DNA of 64,000 nucleotides from Escherichia coli. GTDB lineage: Bacteria > Pseudomonadota > Gammaproteobacteria > Enterobacterales > Enterobacteriaceae. Location: the NCBI RefSeq assembly GCF_024223415.1, contig NZ_CP100500.1. The stretch is one strand, 5' to 3'. Shown here in pieces: positions 49,249 to 61,919 of the stretch; position 1 is the stretch's first letter, and every line of letters begins with the position of its first letter. Both the position numbers and the translations under genes were made by a program. A model generated the notes under the pieces. That model searched no databases. It was given only the letters and a program-made list of their open reading frames with translations, and was not told the DNA's origin.

Positions 49249-52200
49249 ATGATGGAAATTCTGCGTGGTTCGCCTGCATTGTCGGCATTCCGAATCAACA
49301 AACTGCTGGCACGTTTTCAGGCTGCCAGGCTCCCGGTTCACAATATTTACGCCGAGTATGTCCATTTTGCTGACCTCAATGCGCCGTTAAACGATGATGA
49401 GCACGCACAACTTGAACGCCTGCTGAAATATGGCCCGGCACTCGCCAGCCACGCCCCGCAAGGCAAACTCCTGCTGGTGACCCCGCGTCCTGGCACCATC
49501 TCTCCCTGGTCTTCGAAAGCGACCGATATTGCCCATAACTGCGGGCTACAACAGGTAAACCGCCTTGAGCGCGGCGTTGCTTACTATATAGAAGCCGGTA
49601 CGCTGACCAATGAACAATGGCAGCAGGTTACCGCTGAACTGCACGACCGCATGATGGAAACGGTCTTTTTTGCTTTAGATGATGCAGAGCAGTTGTTTGC
49701 CCACCATCAACCGACTCCGGTTACCAGCGTTGATTTGCTGGGGCAGGGCCGTCAGGCGCTGATCGACGCTAACCTGCGTCTTGGCCTGGCTCTGGCGGAA
49801 GATGAAATTGACTATCTGCAGGATGCTTTCACAAAGCTTGGTCGTAACCCGAACGACATCGAGCTGTATATGTTCGCTCAGGCGAACTCCGAGCACTGCC
49901 GCCACAAAATTTTTAACGCCGACTGGATTATCGACGGTGAACAACAGCCGAAATCGCTGTTCAGGATGATCAAAAATACTTTCGAAACCACGCCAGATCA
50001 CGTTCTCTCTGCTTATAAAGATAACGCCGCCGTAATGGAAGGTTCTGAAGTGGGCCGCTACTTTGCTGACCACGAAACGGGCCGCTACGATTTCCATCAG
50101 GAACCGGCGCATATTCTGATGAAAGTCGAAACTCACAACCACCCGACGGCGATTTCTCCGTGGCCGGGCGCGGCGACCGGTTCTGGCGGCGAAATTCGTG
50201 ATGAAGGCGCCACCGGACGCGGTGCGAAACCGAAGGCTGGTCTGGTTGGTTTCTCCGTATCCAACCTGCGAATTCCTGGCTTCGAACAGCCGTGGGAAGA
50301 AGATTTCGGTAAGCCTGAGCGCATTGTCACCGCGCTGGACATCATGACCGAAGGCCCGCTGGGCGGTGCGGCGTTTAACAACGAATTTGGTCGTCCGGCA
50401 CTGAACGGCTACTTCCGTACTTATGAAGAAAAAGTGAACAGCCACAATGGCGAAGAGCTGCGCGGTTATCACAAACCGATCATGCTGGCGGGCGGGATCG
50501 GCAACATTCGCGCCGATCACGTACAAAAAGGCGAGATCAACGTCGGTGCGAAGCTGGTCGTTCTCGGCGGCCCGGCAATGAACATCGGTCTTGGCGGCGG
50601 AGCGGCGTCTTCCATGGCGTCAGGTCAGTCTGATGCCGACCTCGACTTTGCTTCCGTACAGCGCGACAACCCGGAGATGGAGCGTCGCTGCCAGGAAGTG
50701 ATCGACCGTTGCTGGCAGCTTGGTGATGCCAACCCAATCCTGTTTATCCACGACGTCGGCGCTGGCGGTCTTTCTAACGCGATGCCGGAACTGGTGAGCG
50801 ATGGCGGGCGCGGCGGTAAATTTGAACTGCGCGATATTCTAAGCGACGAACCGGGCATGAGCCCGCTGGAAATCTGGTGTAACGAATCCCAGGAACGCTA
50901 CGTGCTGGCGGTTGCTGCCGATCAATTACCGCTGTTTGACGAACTGTGTAAGCGTGAGCGCGCACCCTACGCGGTGATTGGTGAAGCGACCGAAGAACTG
51001 CATCTTTCTCTGCACGATCGTCATTTTGATAATCAGCCGATCGATCTGCCGCTGGACGTCCTGCTTGGTAAAACGCCGAAGATGACCCGCGATGTACAAA
51101 CGCTGAAAGCGAAGGGCGATGCGCTGGTCCGTGAAGGGATCACCATTGCAGACGCGGTGAAACGCGTACTGCATCTGCCGACCGTGGCGGAGAAAACTTT
51201 CCTGGTGACCATCGGTGACCGCAGCGTAACCGGCATGGTGGCGCGCGATCAGATGGTGGGGCCGTGGCAGGTGCCGGTCGCTAACTGCGCGGTCACTACC
51301 GCCAGCCTCGACAGCTACTACGGTGAAGCGATGGCGATTGGCGAGCGTGCGCCGGTTGCGCTGCTGGATTTCGCCGCCTCTGCCCGTCTGGCGGTCGGTG
51401 AAGCGTTAACCAATATTGCCGCAACACAGATTGGCGATATCAAACGCATTAAACTTTCCGCCAACTGGATGGCGGCGGCAGGCCACCCTGGTGAAGATGC
51501 GGGCCTGTATGAAGCCGTTAAAGCCGTGGGCGAAGAGCTTTGTCCGGCGCTGGGCCTGACGATCCCGGTGGGTAAAGACTCTATGTCGATGAAAACCCGC
51601 TGGCAGGAAGGTAACGAAGAGCGCGAAATGACGTCGCCGCTGTCGCTGGTGATTTCTGCATTTGCCCGCGTGGAAGATGTACGTCACACCATCACGCCGC
51701 AGCTTTCTACCGAAGATAACGCACTGCTGCTGATTGATTTGGGCAAAGGCAATAACGCGCTGGGCGCAACGGCGCTGGCGCAGGTTTATCGTCAGCTTGG
51801 CGACAAACCGGCAGATGTACGCGATGTCGCGCAACTGAAAGGCTTCTATGACGCGATTCAGGCGCTGGTTGCACAGCGTAAGCTGCTGGCGTATCACGAC
51901 CGCTCTGATGGCGGTCTGCTGGTAACGCTGGCGGAAATGGCCTTTGCTGGTCATTGTGGCATTGACGCGGATATCGCCACTCTGGGTGACGATCGCCTGG
52001 CGGCGTTGTTTAACGAAGAACTGGGTGCGGTGATTCAGGTTCGTGCCGCTGACCGTGAAGCGGTCGAGTCCGTACTGGCACAGCATGGGCTTGCGGATTG
52101 CGTCCATTATGTTGGGCAGGCGGTTTCCGGTGACCGTTTTGTGATTACCGCCAACGGGCAGACTGTATTCAGCGAAAGCCGCACTACGTTGCGTGTCTGG

Positions 52201-53136
52201 TGGGCAGAAACTACCTGGCAGATGCAGCGCCTGCGTGACAACCCGGAGTGTGCCGACCAGGAGCACCAGGCGAAATCAAACGACGCCGATCCTGGCCTGA
52301 ATGTGAAACTGTCGTTCGATATCAACGAAGATGTGGCAGCACCGTATATTGCCACTGGCGCACGTCCGAAAGTTGCCGTGCTGCGTGAGCAGGGCGTGAA
52401 CTCGCATGTTGAAATGGCGGCAGCTTTCCACCGTGCGGGCTTCGATGCTATCGACGTGCATATGAGTGACCTGCTGACTGGACGCACGGGACTGGAGGAT
52501 TTTCACGCCCTGGTCGCGTGCGGAGGTTTCTCCTACGGTGATGTGCTGGGTGCCGGTGAAGGTTGGGCGAAGTCTATCCTGTTCAATGACCGTGTACGCG
52601 ATGAGTTTGCAACCTTCTTCCATCGTCCGCAAACGCTGGCTCTGGGGGTATGTAACGGTTGCCAGATGATGTCTAACCTGCGTGAACTGATCCCGGGGAG
52701 CGAGTTGTGGCCACGTTTTGTGCGCAATACCTCCGATCGCTTTGAAGCGCGTTTCAGCCTGGTAGAAGTAACCCAAAGCCCGTCTCTGCTGTTGCAGGGG
52801 ATGGTGGGCTCGCAAATGCCGATTGCTGTCTCTCACGGTGAAGGGCGCGTTGAAGTACGCGATGCGGCGCATCTGGCGGCGCTGGAAAGCAAAGGGCTGG
52901 TGGCGCTGCGCTACGTCGATAACTTCGGCAAAGTCACCGAAACCTACCCGGCTAACCCGAACGGTTCCCCGAACGGTATTACTGCGGTCACTACCGAAAG
53001 CGGTCGTGTCACCATTATGATGCCGCACCCGGAACGTGTATTCCGTACCGTCAGCAACTCCTGGCATCCGGAAAACTGGGGGGAAGATGGTCCGTGGATG
53101 CGCATTTTCCGCAATGCGCGTAAGCAGCTGGGGTAA
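49249..53136 (+). CDS. purL: Phosphoribosylformylglycinamidine synthase
   Basis: 1295-aa ORF starting [26 protein letters not shown]; C-terminal glutamine amidotransferase region. Confidence 0.95.
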   Translation: MMEILRGSPALSAFRINKLLARFQAARLPVHNIYAEYVHFADLNAPLNDDEHAQLERLLKYGPALASHAPQGKLLLVTPRPGTISPWSSKATDIAHNCGLQQVNRLERGVAYYIEAGTLTNEQWQQVTAELHDRMMETVFFALDDAEQLFAHHQPTPVTSVDLLGQGRQALIDANLRLGLALAEDEIDYLQDAFTKLGRNPNDIELYMFAQANSEHCRHKIFNADWIIDGEQQPKSLFRMIKNTFETTPDHVLSAYKDNAAVMEGSEVGRYFADHETGRYDFHQEPAHILMKVETHNHPTAISPWPGAATGSGGEIRDEGATGRGAKPKAGLVGFSVSNLRIPGFEQPWEEDFGKPERIVTALDIMTEGPLGGAAFNNEFGRPALNGYFRTYEEKVNSHNGEELRGYHKPIMLAGGIGNIRADHVQKGEINVGAKLVVLGGPAMNIGLGGGAASSMASGQSDADLDFASVQRDNPEMERRCQEVIDRCWQLGDANPILFIHDVGAGGLSNAMPELVSDGGRGGKFELRDILSDEPGMSPLEIWCNESQERYVLAVAADQLPLFDELCKRERAPYAVIGEATEELHLSLHDRHFDNQPIDLPLDVLLGKTPKMTRDVQTLKAKGDALVREGITIADAVKRVLHLPTVAEKTFLVTIGDRSVTGMVARDQMVGPWQVPVANCAVTTASLDSYYGEAMAIGERAPVALLDFAASARLAVGEALTNIAATQIGDIKRIKLSANWMAAAGHPGEDAGLYEAVKAVGEELCPALGLTIPVGKDSMSMKTRWQEGNEEREMTSPLSLVISAFARVEDVRHTITPQLSTEDNALLLIDLGKGNNALGATALAQVYRQLGDKPADVRDVAQLKGFYDAIQALVAQRKLLAYHDRSDGGLLVTLAEMAFAGHCGIDADIATLGDDRLAALFNEELGAVIQVRAADREAVESVLAQHGLADCVHYVGQAVSGDRFVITANGQTVFSESRTTLRVWWAETTWQMQRLRDNPECADQEHQAKSNDADPGLNVKLSFDINEDVAAPYIATGARPKVAVLREQGVNSHVEMAAAFHRAGFDAIDVHMSDLLTGRTGLEDFHALVACGGFSYGDVLGAGEGWAKSILFNDRVRDEFATFFHRPQTLALGVCNGCQMMSNLRELIPGSELWPRFVRNTSDRFEARFSLVEVTQSPSLLLQGMVGSQMPIAVSHGEGRVEVRDAAHLAALESKGLVALRYVDNFGKVTETYPANPNGSPNGITAVTTESGRVTIMMPHPERVFRTVSNSWHPENWGEDGPWMRIFRNARKQLG

Positions 53137-53199
53137 GCCGTCAAACTCATTGGTTTTGCAGCCCGGATGAGGCATGGCATTAAATACAACCGCTATTAT

Positions 53200-53228
53200 A
53201 AGCTCCCAACTTCGGGAGCTTTTTTGTG
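53200..53228 (+). terminator. purL rho-independent terminator
   Basis: gctcccaacttcgggagc hairpin followed by TTTTTTG. Confidence 0.75.
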
Positions 53229-53340
53229 TCTGTAAATCACGACAATGGGTGGTTTGCCGTGTCGCTTTTTGGTGACACTTAACTGATTGATTTTAATGTG
53301 ATCTAATAAGTTTTTCTTAAGTTGTCTCTTTTTAGCGACA
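53227..53340. promoter_or_regulatory. Three TGTC-N10-GACA boxes (GlrR activator binding sites) upstream of glmY
   Basis: tgtctgtaaatcacgaca (53227..53244), tgtcgctttttggtgaca (53260..53277), tgtctctttttagcgaca (53323..53340). Confidence 0.8.
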
Positions 53341-53429
53341 TAGTGGCTGATTTACATTCAAATAGCGGGGAAGCCATAAACCCCTCAAAGCAACGTATAA
53401 TCAGTACGTTACCAAACTATTTTCTTTAT

Positions 53430-53445
53430 TGGCACAGTTACTGCA
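53430..53445 (+). promoter_or_regulatory. Sigma-54 promoter of glmY (TGGCAC-N5-CTGCA)
   Basis: tggcacagttactgcat read directly. Confidence 0.75.
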
Positions 53446-53456
53446 TAATAGTAACC

Positions 53457-53642
53457 AGTGGCTCATTCACCGACTTATGTCAGCCCCTTCGGGACGTGCT
53501 ACATAAAATTCGAATGACGCACAACAAGGTGCCTGCCGTCCAACTTCTGATATCAGCGTAGCTATATCAACCATCGGGCGAAACGTCGAGTTAGGCACCG
53601 CCTTATTCCATAACAAAGCCGGGTAATTCCCGGCTTTGTTGT
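53457..53642 (+). ncRNA. glmY: GlmY small regulatory RNA
   Basis: Begins agtggctcattcaccgacttatgtcagcccc downstream of the sigma-54 promoter, ends at terminator aaagccgggtaattcccggctttgttgt; located between purL and glrK as in E. coli K-12. Confidence 0.8.
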
Positions 53643-53698
53643 ATCTGAACTTCCCCTCGGTTAGCATCAGGCTATTCGCGTCTGACGAGAGTAACACC

Positions 53699-55126
53699 TT
53701 GAAACGCTGGCCCGTTTTTCCCCGCTCATTACGACAACTGGTAATGCTGGCATTTTTGCTGATTCTGCTGCCCCTGTTGGTGCTGGCATGGCAAGCCTGG
53801 CAAAGCCTGAATGCGCTTAGCGACCAGGCGGCGCTGGTCAACCGCACCACGCTTATCGATGCCCGGCGCAGCGAAGCAATGACCAACGCGGCGCTGGAGA
53901 TGGAGCGTAGCTACCGTCAGTATTGCGTGCTGGACGACCCTACGCTTGCGAAGGTTTATCAAAGCCAGCGCAAGCGTTACAGCGAAATGCTCGATGCCCA
54001 CGCAGGCGTACTGCCAGACGATAAACTTTACCAGGCATTGCGTCAGGACTTGAACAATCTGGCCCAACTTCAGTGCAACAACAGTGGTCCCGATGCTGCT
54101 GCTGCCGCGCGTCTGGAAGCCTTTGCCAGTGCCAATACCGAAATGGTACAGGCCACGCGCACAGTAGTGTTCTCTCGTGGGCAGCAACTTCAGCGTGAAA
54201 TCGCCGAACGTGGGCAATATTTTGGTTGGCAATCGCTGGTGCTATTTCTGGTGAGTCTGGTAATGGTACTGCTTTTCACGCGGATGATTATTGGTCCGGT
54301 GAAAAATATCGAGAGGATGATCAACCGGTTGGGGGAAGGGCGTTCTCTGGGCAATAGCGTTTCGTTCAGTGGACCGAGCGAGTTACGCTCGGTTGGGCAA
54401 CGTATTCTTTGGTTAAGTGAGCGCCTGTCATGGCTGGAATCCCAACGCCATCAATTTTTAAGACATTTATCTCATGAATTAAAAACGCCACTGGCGAGTA
54501 TGCGCGAGGGCACTGAATTACTGGCTGATCAGGTTGTCGGGCCGCTTACGCCAGAGCAAAAAGAGGTGGTGAGCATTCTTGATAGCAGCAGCCGCAATTT
54601 GCAAAAACTGATCGAACAACTGCTTGATTACAACCGTAAACAGGCGGACAGTGCGGTGGAACTGGAGAATGTTGAATTAGCACCGCTGGTGGAGACAGTG
54701 GTTTCTGCTCATAGCCTGCCCGCACGGGCTAAAATGATGCATACCGACGTCGATCTCAAAGCAACAGCTTGCCTGGCGGAGCCAATGCTGCTGATGAGCG
54801 TACTGGATAATCTTTACTCCAATGCGGTGCACTACGGGGCTGAATCCGGTAACATTTGCCTTCGCAGCAGTTTACATGGTGCGCGGGTTTATATTGATGT
54901 CATCAATACAGGCACGCCCATTCCGCAAGAGGAACGCGCCATGATCTTCGAACCCTTTTTTCAGGGAAGCCACCAGCGAAAAGGGGCGGTGAAGGGCAGC
55001 GGTCTGGGATTAAGCATTGCCAGGGATTGTATTCGCCGTATGCAAGGGGAACTGTATCTGGTCGACGAGAGCGGGCAAGACGTTTGTTTCCGCATTGAAT
55101 TACCGTCGTCGAAAAACACGAAATAA
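53699..55126 (+). CDS. glrK: Sensor histidine kinase GlrK
   Basis: TM helix, HAMP and HisKA (LSHELKTPLASM) / HATPase regions; start taken at the TTG preceding KRWPVFPRSL. Confidence 0.9.
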   Translation: MKRWPVFPRSLRQLVMLAFLLILLPLLVLAWQAWQSLNALSDQAALVNRTTLIDARRSEAMTNAALEMERSYRQYCVLDDPTLAKVYQSQRKRYSEMLDAHAGVLPDDKLYQALRQDLNNLAQLQCNNSGPDAAAAARLEAFASANTEMVQATRTVVFSRGQQLQREIAERGQYFGWQSLVLFLVSLVMVLLFTRMIIGPVKNIERMINRLGEGRSLGNSVSFSGPSELRSVGQRILWLSERLSWLESQRHQFLRHLSHELKTPLASMREGTELLADQVVGPLTPEQKEVVSILDSSSRNLQKLIEQLLDYNRKQADSAVELENVELAPLVETVVSAHSLPARAKMMHTDVDLKATACLAEPMLLMSVLDNLYSNAVHYGAESGNICLRSSLHGARVYIDVINTGTPIPQEERAMIFEPFFQGSHQRKGAVKGSGLGLSIARDCIRRMQGELYLVDESGQDVCFRIELPSSKNTK

Positions 55127-55290
55127 TGCTAACAGCCTATCCCATCAGGCTATTTTATTTGTCAGTTCGGCCCCGGGCAGTGCTCGAAATCCTCACGTAC
55201 GACATGTACGCTCCGGTTTCTCCGCGCTGTCCATGTCCAAACTGTCTGCAACAATTACGCCCACTGGGATAGGCTTTAAGTCTGGTGAAT

Positions 55291-56004
55291 ATGCGACACA
55301 TTTTTCAACGATTATTGCCCCGACGGCTGTGGCTGGCAGGGCTGCCATGTCTGGCATTGCTGGGTTGCGTGCAGAATCACAATAAGCCAGCCATTGATAC
55401 GCCAGCAGAAGAAAAAATTCCGGTTTATCAACTGGCTGACTATCTTTCTACTGAATGTAGCGACATCTGGGCGCTGCAAGGTAAATCAACCGAAACCAAT
55501 CCGCTTTACTGGCTGCGGGCGATGGATTGTGCTGATCGTTTAATGCCTGCGCAGTCGCGTCAGCAAGCTCGCCAATATGACGACGGCAGCTGTCAAAATA
55601 CCTTTAAACAAGGGATTTTGCTCGCCGACGCCAAAATTACGCCGTATGAGCGCCGCCAGCTGGTCGCGCGCATTGATGCGTTAAGTACCGAGATCCCGGC
55701 ACAGGTTCGCCCTCTGTATCAACTCTGGCGCGACGGTCAGGCGCTACAACTGCAACTGGCGGAAGAGCGCCAACGCTACGGCAAACTCCAGCAATCCAGC
55801 GACAGCGAGCTGGATACATTGCGCCAGCAACATCACGTTCTACAACAGCAGCTGGAACTCACCACCCGCAAGCTGGAAAACCTGACCGATATTGAACGCC
55901 AGCTCTCGACCCGCAAACCGGCTGGAAATTTCTCGCCGGATACGCCGCACGAGGGTGAAAAGCCCGCGCCATCCACCCATGAGGTCACTCCTGATGAGCC
56001 ATAA
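55291..56004 (+). CDS. qseG: Outer-membrane lipoprotein QseG
   Basis: MRHIFQRLLPRRLWLAGLPCLALLGC lipoprotein signal; conserved between glrK and glrR. Confidence 0.85.
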   Translation: MRHIFQRLLPRRLWLAGLPCLALLGCVQNHNKPAIDTPAEEKIPVYQLADYLSTECSDIWALQGKSTETNPLYWLRAMDCADRLMPAQSRQQARQYDDGSCQNTFKQGILLADAKITPYERRQLVARIDALSTEIPAQVRPLYQLWRDGQALQLQLAEERQRYGKLQQSSDSELDTLRQQHHVLQQQLELTTRKLENLTDIERQLSTRKPAGNFSPDTPHEGEKPAPSTHEVTPDEP

Positions 56005-57328
56005 ACCTGCGCATTTATTATTGGTCGATGACGATCCGGGATTGCTGAAACTGCTTGGCCTGCGCCTGACCAGCGAAGGCTACAGTGTGGTCACGGCGGA
56101 AAGTGGCGCTGAAGGATTACGGGTACTGAATCGCGAAAAAGTAGATTTAGTTATCAGCGACCTGCGGATGGATGAAATGGACGGTATGCAGCTGTTTGCT
56201 GAAATCCAGAAAGTGCAGCCGGGAATGCCGGTAATTATTCTTACCGCGCATGGTTCTATTCCCGATGCCGTTGCTGCAACACAGCAGGGCGTTTTTAGTT
56301 TCCTCACCAAGCCTGTCGATAAAGACGCGCTATATCAGGCAATTGATGATGCGCTGGAACAATCCGCGCCAGCCACCGACGAACGCTGGCGCGAGGCGAT
56401 TGTCACCCGCAGCCCGCTGATGCTGCGTTTGCTGGAACAGGCGCGGCTGGTGGCGCAATCAGACGTCAGCGTTTTGATTAATGGCCAGAGCGGCACCGGG
56501 AAAGAGATTTTCGCCCAGGCTATCCACAACGCCAGCCCGCGCAATAGCAAACCATTTATTGCTATTAACTGTGGTGCATTGCCTGAGCAATTGCTGGAGT
56601 CGGAGCTGTTTGGTCATGCGCGTGGCGCGTTTACTGGCGCTGTCAGCAATCGCGAAGGTTTATTCCAGGCAGCGGAAGGCGGAACGCTATTTCTCGATGA
56701 GATTGGCGATATGCCTGCGCCGTTGCAGGTCAAACTGTTGCGCGTGTTGCAGGAGCGTAAAGTGCGCCCGCTGGGCAGTAACCGCGATATTGATATCAAT
56801 GTGCGGATTATTTCTGCCACTCACCGTGATCTGCCAAAAGCGATGGCGCGCGGGGAATTCCGCGAAGATCTCTATTACCGCCTCAACGTTGTCAGCCTGA
56901 AAATTCCGGCACTGGCGGAGCGCACAGAAGACATTCCGCTACTGGCAAATCACCTGTTGCGCCAGGCGGCAGAGCGACATAAACCGTTTGTCCGCGCGTT
57001 TTCCACCGATGCGATGAAACGCCTGATGACCGCGAGCTGGCCGGGTAATGTGCGCCAGTTGGTCAACGTGATTGAACAGTGCGTGGCGCTGACCTCATCT
57101 CCGGTGATTAGCGATGCATTAGTAGAGCAGGCGCTGGAGGGTGAAAATACGGCGCTGCCAACCTTTGTTGAGGCACGTAATCAGTTTGAACTCAACTATT
57201 TGCGTAAGCTGCTGCAAATTACCAAAGGCAACGTCACCCACGCGGCGAGAATGGCGGGGCGCAACCGGACAGAATTTTATAAACTGCTTTCCCGACACGA
57301 GCTGGATGCAAACGATTTCAAGGAATGA
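55994..57328 (+). CDS. glrR: Sigma-54-dependent response regulator GlrR
   Basis: Receiver domain (LLVDDDPGL ... DLRMDEMDG), AAA+ sigma-54 interaction domain ([14 protein letters not shown]) and C-terminal HTH. Confidence 0.95.
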   Translation: MSHKPAHLLLVDDDPGLLKLLGLRLTSEGYSVVTAESGAEGLRVLNREKVDLVISDLRMDEMDGMQLFAEIQKVQPGMPVIILTAHGSIPDAVAATQQGVFSFLTKPVDKDALYQAIDDALEQSAPATDERWREAIVTRSPLMLRLLEQARLVAQSDVSVLINGQSGTGKEIFAQAIHNASPRNSKPFIAINCGALPEQLLESELFGHARGAFTGAVSNREGLFQAAEGGTLFLDEIGDMPAPLQVKLLRVLQERKVRPLGSNRDIDINVRIISATHRDLPKAMARGEFREDLYYRLNVVSLKIPALAERTEDIPLLANHLLRQAAERHKPFVRAFSTDAMKRLMTASWPGNVRQLVNVIEQCVALTSSPVISDALVEQALEGENTALPTFVEARNQFELNYLRKLLQITKGNVTHAARMAGRNRTEFYKLLSRHELDANDFKE

Positions 57329-57352
57329 ATTGGCGTTATGTGTTACGTTTAG

Positions 57353-57727
<375 letters not shown>

Positions 57728-57738
57728 ACCGCGTCAAG

Positions 57739-57764
57739 GGTTGCCGGATGTTTCCATCCGGCAA
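57739..57764. terminator. Bidirectional terminator hairpin between glnB and hmp
   Basis: gttgccggatg tttc catccggcaac, a perfect 11-bp stem. Confidence 0.7.
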
Positions 57765-57771
57765 CATCAAA

Positions 57772-58962
57772 TCACAGCACCTTATGCGGGCCAAAGCATT
57801 CGTAATGAATGTTTTCCTGCTTCACGCCCAGATCCACTAACTGTTTCGCGGCAAACTGCATGAAGCCAACCGGGCCGCAGAGATAGAACTGCATTGTCGG
57901 ATCGCTGAACGCACCTTCCAGTTTGCTCAAATCCATCAGACCTTCGCTATCAAACTGACCTTTAGCGCGATCGGCTTCGCTCGGCTGACGATACCAGGTG
58001 TGCGCGGTAAAGCGCGGCAGTGACTGCCCCAGTTCCTTAACTTCATCGGCAAAGGCGTGAACATCGCCATTTTCTGCCGCATGGAACCAGTTCACTTGTG
58101 CTGTGTGGCCTGCTTTTGCCAGCGTGTCGAGCATTGCCAGCATTGGCGTTTGACCAACACCGGCAGAGATTAACGTCACTGGTGTGTCATCTGCGACAGC
58201 CATAAAGAAATCACCTGCCGGAGCGACCAGTTTCACGACATCGCCAACATTGGCGTGATTGTGCAACCAGTTGGATACCTGCCCACCCTCTTCGCGTTTC
58301 ACCGCAATACGATAGCCTTTGCCATCCGGTTTGCGAGTCAAAGAGTACTGACGAATTTCCTGATGCGGGAAACCTTCCGGCTTCAGCCAGACGCCGAGAT
58401 ATTGCCCCGGACGGTATTCTGCCACTGCGCCACCGTCGACCGGCTCCAGTTCGAAGCTGGTGATAAGCGCGCTGCGCGGTGTTTTAGCCACAATGCGGAA
58501 ATCGCGAGTACCTTCCCAACCACCGGCTTTGCTGGCGTTTTCGTTATAGATTTCCGCCTCGCGATTGATAAATACATTAGCCAGTACGCCATAGGCTTTA
58601 CCCCACGCGTCCAGCACTTCCTGCCCCGGGCTGAACATTTCGTCCAGCGTTGCCAACAGGTGTTCACCGACGATGTTGTACTGTTCCGGTTTGATCTGGA
58701 AACTGGTGTGCTTCTGCGCGATTTTTTCTACCGCTGGCAGCAGTGCAGGCAGGTTTTCAATATTACTGGCGTAGGCGGCAATAGCGTTAAACAGGGCTTC
58801 ACGTTGATCGCCATTACGCTGGTTACTCATGTTAAAAATTTCTTTGAGTTCTGGGTTATGAGTAAACATACGGTCGTAGAAATGGGCGGTTAACTTTGGC
58901 CCCGTTTCCACCAGTAAAGGGATGGTGGCTTTTACTGTAGCGATGGTTTGAGCGTCAAGCAT
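57772..58962 (-). CDS. hmp: Flavohaemoprotein (nitric oxide dioxygenase)
   Basis: Start taken at [17 protein letters not shown]; globin, FAD- and NAD-binding regions. Confidence 0.95.
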
Positions 58963-59291
58963 ATGGTCTTCCTTTTTTTGCATCTTAATTGATGTATTTC
59001 AAATGCATCTTATAAAAAATAGCCCTGCAATGTAAATGGTTCTTTGGTGTTTTTCAGAAAGAATGTGATGAAGTGAAAAATTTGCATCACAAACCTGAAA
59101 AGAAATCCGTTTCCGGTTGCAAGCTCTTTATTCTCCAAAGCCTTGCGTAGCCTGAAGGTAATCGTTTGCGTAAATTCCTTTGTCAAGACCTGTTATCGCA
59201 CAATGATTCGGTTATACTGTTCGCCGTTGTCCATCAGGACCGCCAAAATTAGGCGAAAAAATTTTATTGTTAGCTGAGTCAGGAGATGCGG

Positions 59292-60545
59292 ATGTTAAAG
59301 CGTGAAATGAACATTGCCGATTATGATGCCGAACTGTGGCAGGCTATGGAGCAGGAAAAAGTACGTCAGGAAGAGCACATCGAACTGATCGCCTCCGAAA
59401 ACTACACCAGCCCGCGCGTAATGCAGGCGCAGGGTTCTCAGCTGACCAACAAATATGCTGAAGGTTATCCGGGCAAACGCTACTACGGCGGTTGCGAGTA
59501 TGTTGATATCGTTGAACAACTGGCGATCGATCGTGCGAAAGAACTGTTCGGCGCTGACTACGCTAACGTCCAGCCGCACTCCGGCTCCCAGGCTAACTTT
59601 GCGGTCTACACCGCGCTGCTGGAACCAGGTGATACCGTTCTGGGTATGAACCTGGCGCATGGCGGTCACCTGACTCACGGTTCTCCGGTTAACTTCTCCG
59701 GTAAACTGTACAACATCGTTCCTTACGGTATCGATGCTACCGGTCATATCGACTACGCCGATCTGGAAAAACAAGCCAAAGAACACAAGCCGAAAATGAT
59801 TATCGGTGGTTTCTCTGCATATTCCGGCGTGGTTGACTGGGCGAAAATGCGTGAAATCGCTGACAGCATCGGTGCTTACCTGTTCGTTGATATGGCGCAC
59901 GTTGCGGGCCTGGTTGCTGCTGGCGTCTACCCGAACCCGGTTCCTCATGCTCACGTTGTTACTACCACCACTCACAAAACCCTGGCGGGTCCGCGCGGCG
60001 GCCTGATCCTGGCGAAAGGTGGTAGCGAAGAGCTGTACAAAAAACTGAACTCTGCCGTTTTCCCTGGTGGTCAGGGCGGTCCGTTGATGCACGTAATCGC
60101 CGGTAAAGCGGTTGCTCTGAAAGAAGCGATGGAGCCTGAGTTCAAAACTTACCAGCAGCAGGTCGCTAAAAACGCTAAAGCGATGGTAGAAGTGTTCCTG
60201 GAACGCGGCTACAAAGTGGTTTCCGGCGGCACTGATAACCACCTGTTCCTGGTTGATCTGGTTGATAAAAACCTGACCGGTAAAGAAGCAGACGCCGCTC
60301 TGGGCCGTGCTAATATCACCGTCAACAAAAACAGCGTACCGAACGATCCGAAGAGCCCGTTTGTGACCTCCGGTATTCGCGTGGGTACTCCGGCGATTAC
60401 GCGTCGCGGCTTCAAAGAAGCAGAAGCGAAAGAACTGGCTGGCTGGATGTGTGACGTGCTGGACAGCATCAATGATGAAGCCGTTATCGAGCGCATCAAA
60501 GGTAAAGTTCTCGACATCTGCGCACGTTACCCGGTTTACGCATAA
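59292..60545 (+). CDS. glyA: Serine hydroxymethyltransferase
   Basis: Start at [12 protein letters not shown]; PLP-lysine region [15 protein letters not shown]. Confidence 0.95.
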
Positions 60546-60564
60546 GCGAAACGGTTAATCTGTT

Positions 60565-60595
60565 GAAAAAAGGCTTCCTTCGGGAAGCCTTTCTA
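60565..60595. terminator. Bidirectional terminator between glyA and yphH
   Basis: aaaaaaggcttccttcgggaagcctttct hairpin with A-tract and T-tract flanks. Confidence 0.75.
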
Positions 60596-60608
60596 CGTTA
60601 TCGCGCCA

Positions 60609-61802
60609 TCAAATCTGTCGTAACTGCGCCTCAACATACAAATAGCCAATTCCCAGCACCTGTTGTGCGCGGCTTAATTGCCCGAAGCCAATTTGCGTCG
60701 CTTTCACGCTCGGTCCTTCGTCGCGGTCGAACGGGTTAAATCCCGTCTGGCGAATAATGGTATTAAGCCAGTGCTCACCAAAGGCACAACTGCGACCGTA
60801 CAACCAAATCTGATTAATATTGAGGATGTTGAGGAAGTTATACAGACTCAAACCAATGGCATTGGCACTGCGGTCAACCCAGCTGGTGATCCACGGTTCT
60901 CCACTCTGCCAGGCAGCGATTAACTGCGCTGTAGTCAGTTTTTCAGGATCAAGCTGAGTATTAACCGGTTGTGATTTTAGCCATACCCGCGCCTGTTTTT
61001 TTAAAGCACTTAACGAGGCGACGGTTTCCAGGCAGCCGTAACGTCCACAGTCGCAGACGACGCCATCCGGATTAACGATGGTGTGACCAATCTGTCCGCT
61101 ACCATACAAACTGCCGCGATAAATTTGCTCGTTAATCACGAACGACGAGCCAATGCCGTAATCAACGTTGATCACGCAGAAATCCCGTTCCTGCGAATTA
61201 TTTTGCCATTTCTCCGCCAGCGCCAGCATCACGCAGTCATTATCGACCATCACCCGAATGCCGAGCTTCTCTTCCAGCAGATACTTCACCTCAACCGGCG
61301 TTGTCCAGGGCGCTTGCGGCATGGTTTGCGACACTCCGGTCACAGGATCAACCTGACCGTGGATTGCCAGCGCCAGATTGATGGCGCGGTCCGGCCACAA
61401 TTTACGGTGGCGATGCCAGCATTTTTCGATTTCGGACAGCAGCGCCTGCGGCGTCGGTGCATCAATCTGTAAATACTCAAATTCACCTTTCGGACTTAAA
61501 CAAGCATTAGCAACCTGACACTCAATACTGGTGGGCGTCACGTTCAGACACAGCGTCCAGTCACCTTCCGGCGCAATCAGCCATGTACCGCTACTATGCC
61601 CGCGCGTCTGGCTTTCATCGTCGATATTCACCACCCGTTTTTCGCTTTCCAGTTCCTGCAAAATATTACTGACTGCCGGAATCGAAATTTGCGCCAGCCG
61701 GGCCAGCGTTGATTTATTGGCGCGCTTTTGCCGGTACAGCAGTTCCAGAATCACGCATTTGTTATGGTGGCGAATCTGTTGATTGTTAATGCAGGCTCTC
61801 AT
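60609..61802 (-). CDS. yphH: ROK-family (NagC/XylR-type) transcriptional regulator
   Basis: N-terminal HTH, ROK glucokinase-like core with CDCGRYGCLE zinc motif; conserved neighbour of glyA. Confidence 0.85.
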   Translation of the reverse strand: MRACINNQQIRHHNKCVILELLYRQKRANKSTLARLAQISIPAVSNILQELESEKRVVNIDDESQTRGHSSGTWLIAPEGDWTLCLNVTPTSIECQVANACLSPKGEFEYLQIDAPTPQALLSEIEKCWHRHRKLWPDRAINLALAIHGQVDPVTGVSQTMPQAPWTTPVEVKYLLEEKLGIRVMVDNDCVMLALAEKWQNNSQERDFCVINVDYGIGSSFVINEQIYRGSLYGSGQIGHTIVNPDGVVCDCGRYGCLETVASLSALKKQARVWLKSQPVNTQLDPEKLTTAQLIAAWQSGEPWITSWVDRSANAIGLSLYNFLNILNINQIWLYGRSCAFGEHWLNTIIRQTGFNPFDRDEGPSVKATQIGFGQLSRAQQVLGIGYLYVEAQLRQI

Positions 61803-61919
61803 CTTCACTAAACCTTGTTTAGTTAATTGCGTGATTATTCCGCGAAAACATTGCCAGATTGTTCAATACACTGCCACAAATCTTTTAATTCAGTATGTCT
61901 TGTTAATATTGAGGGCACC

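Noticed and set aside
49675-53175. Several 280-300-aa minus-strand ORFs (49675..50526, 51406..52266, 52276..53175)
   Set aside because: All are antisense to purL, whose plus-strand product is a full-length conserved enzyme.
59295-60242. 315-aa minus-strand ORF
   Set aside because: Antisense to glyA; the plus-strand product is the conserved serine hydroxymethyltransferase.
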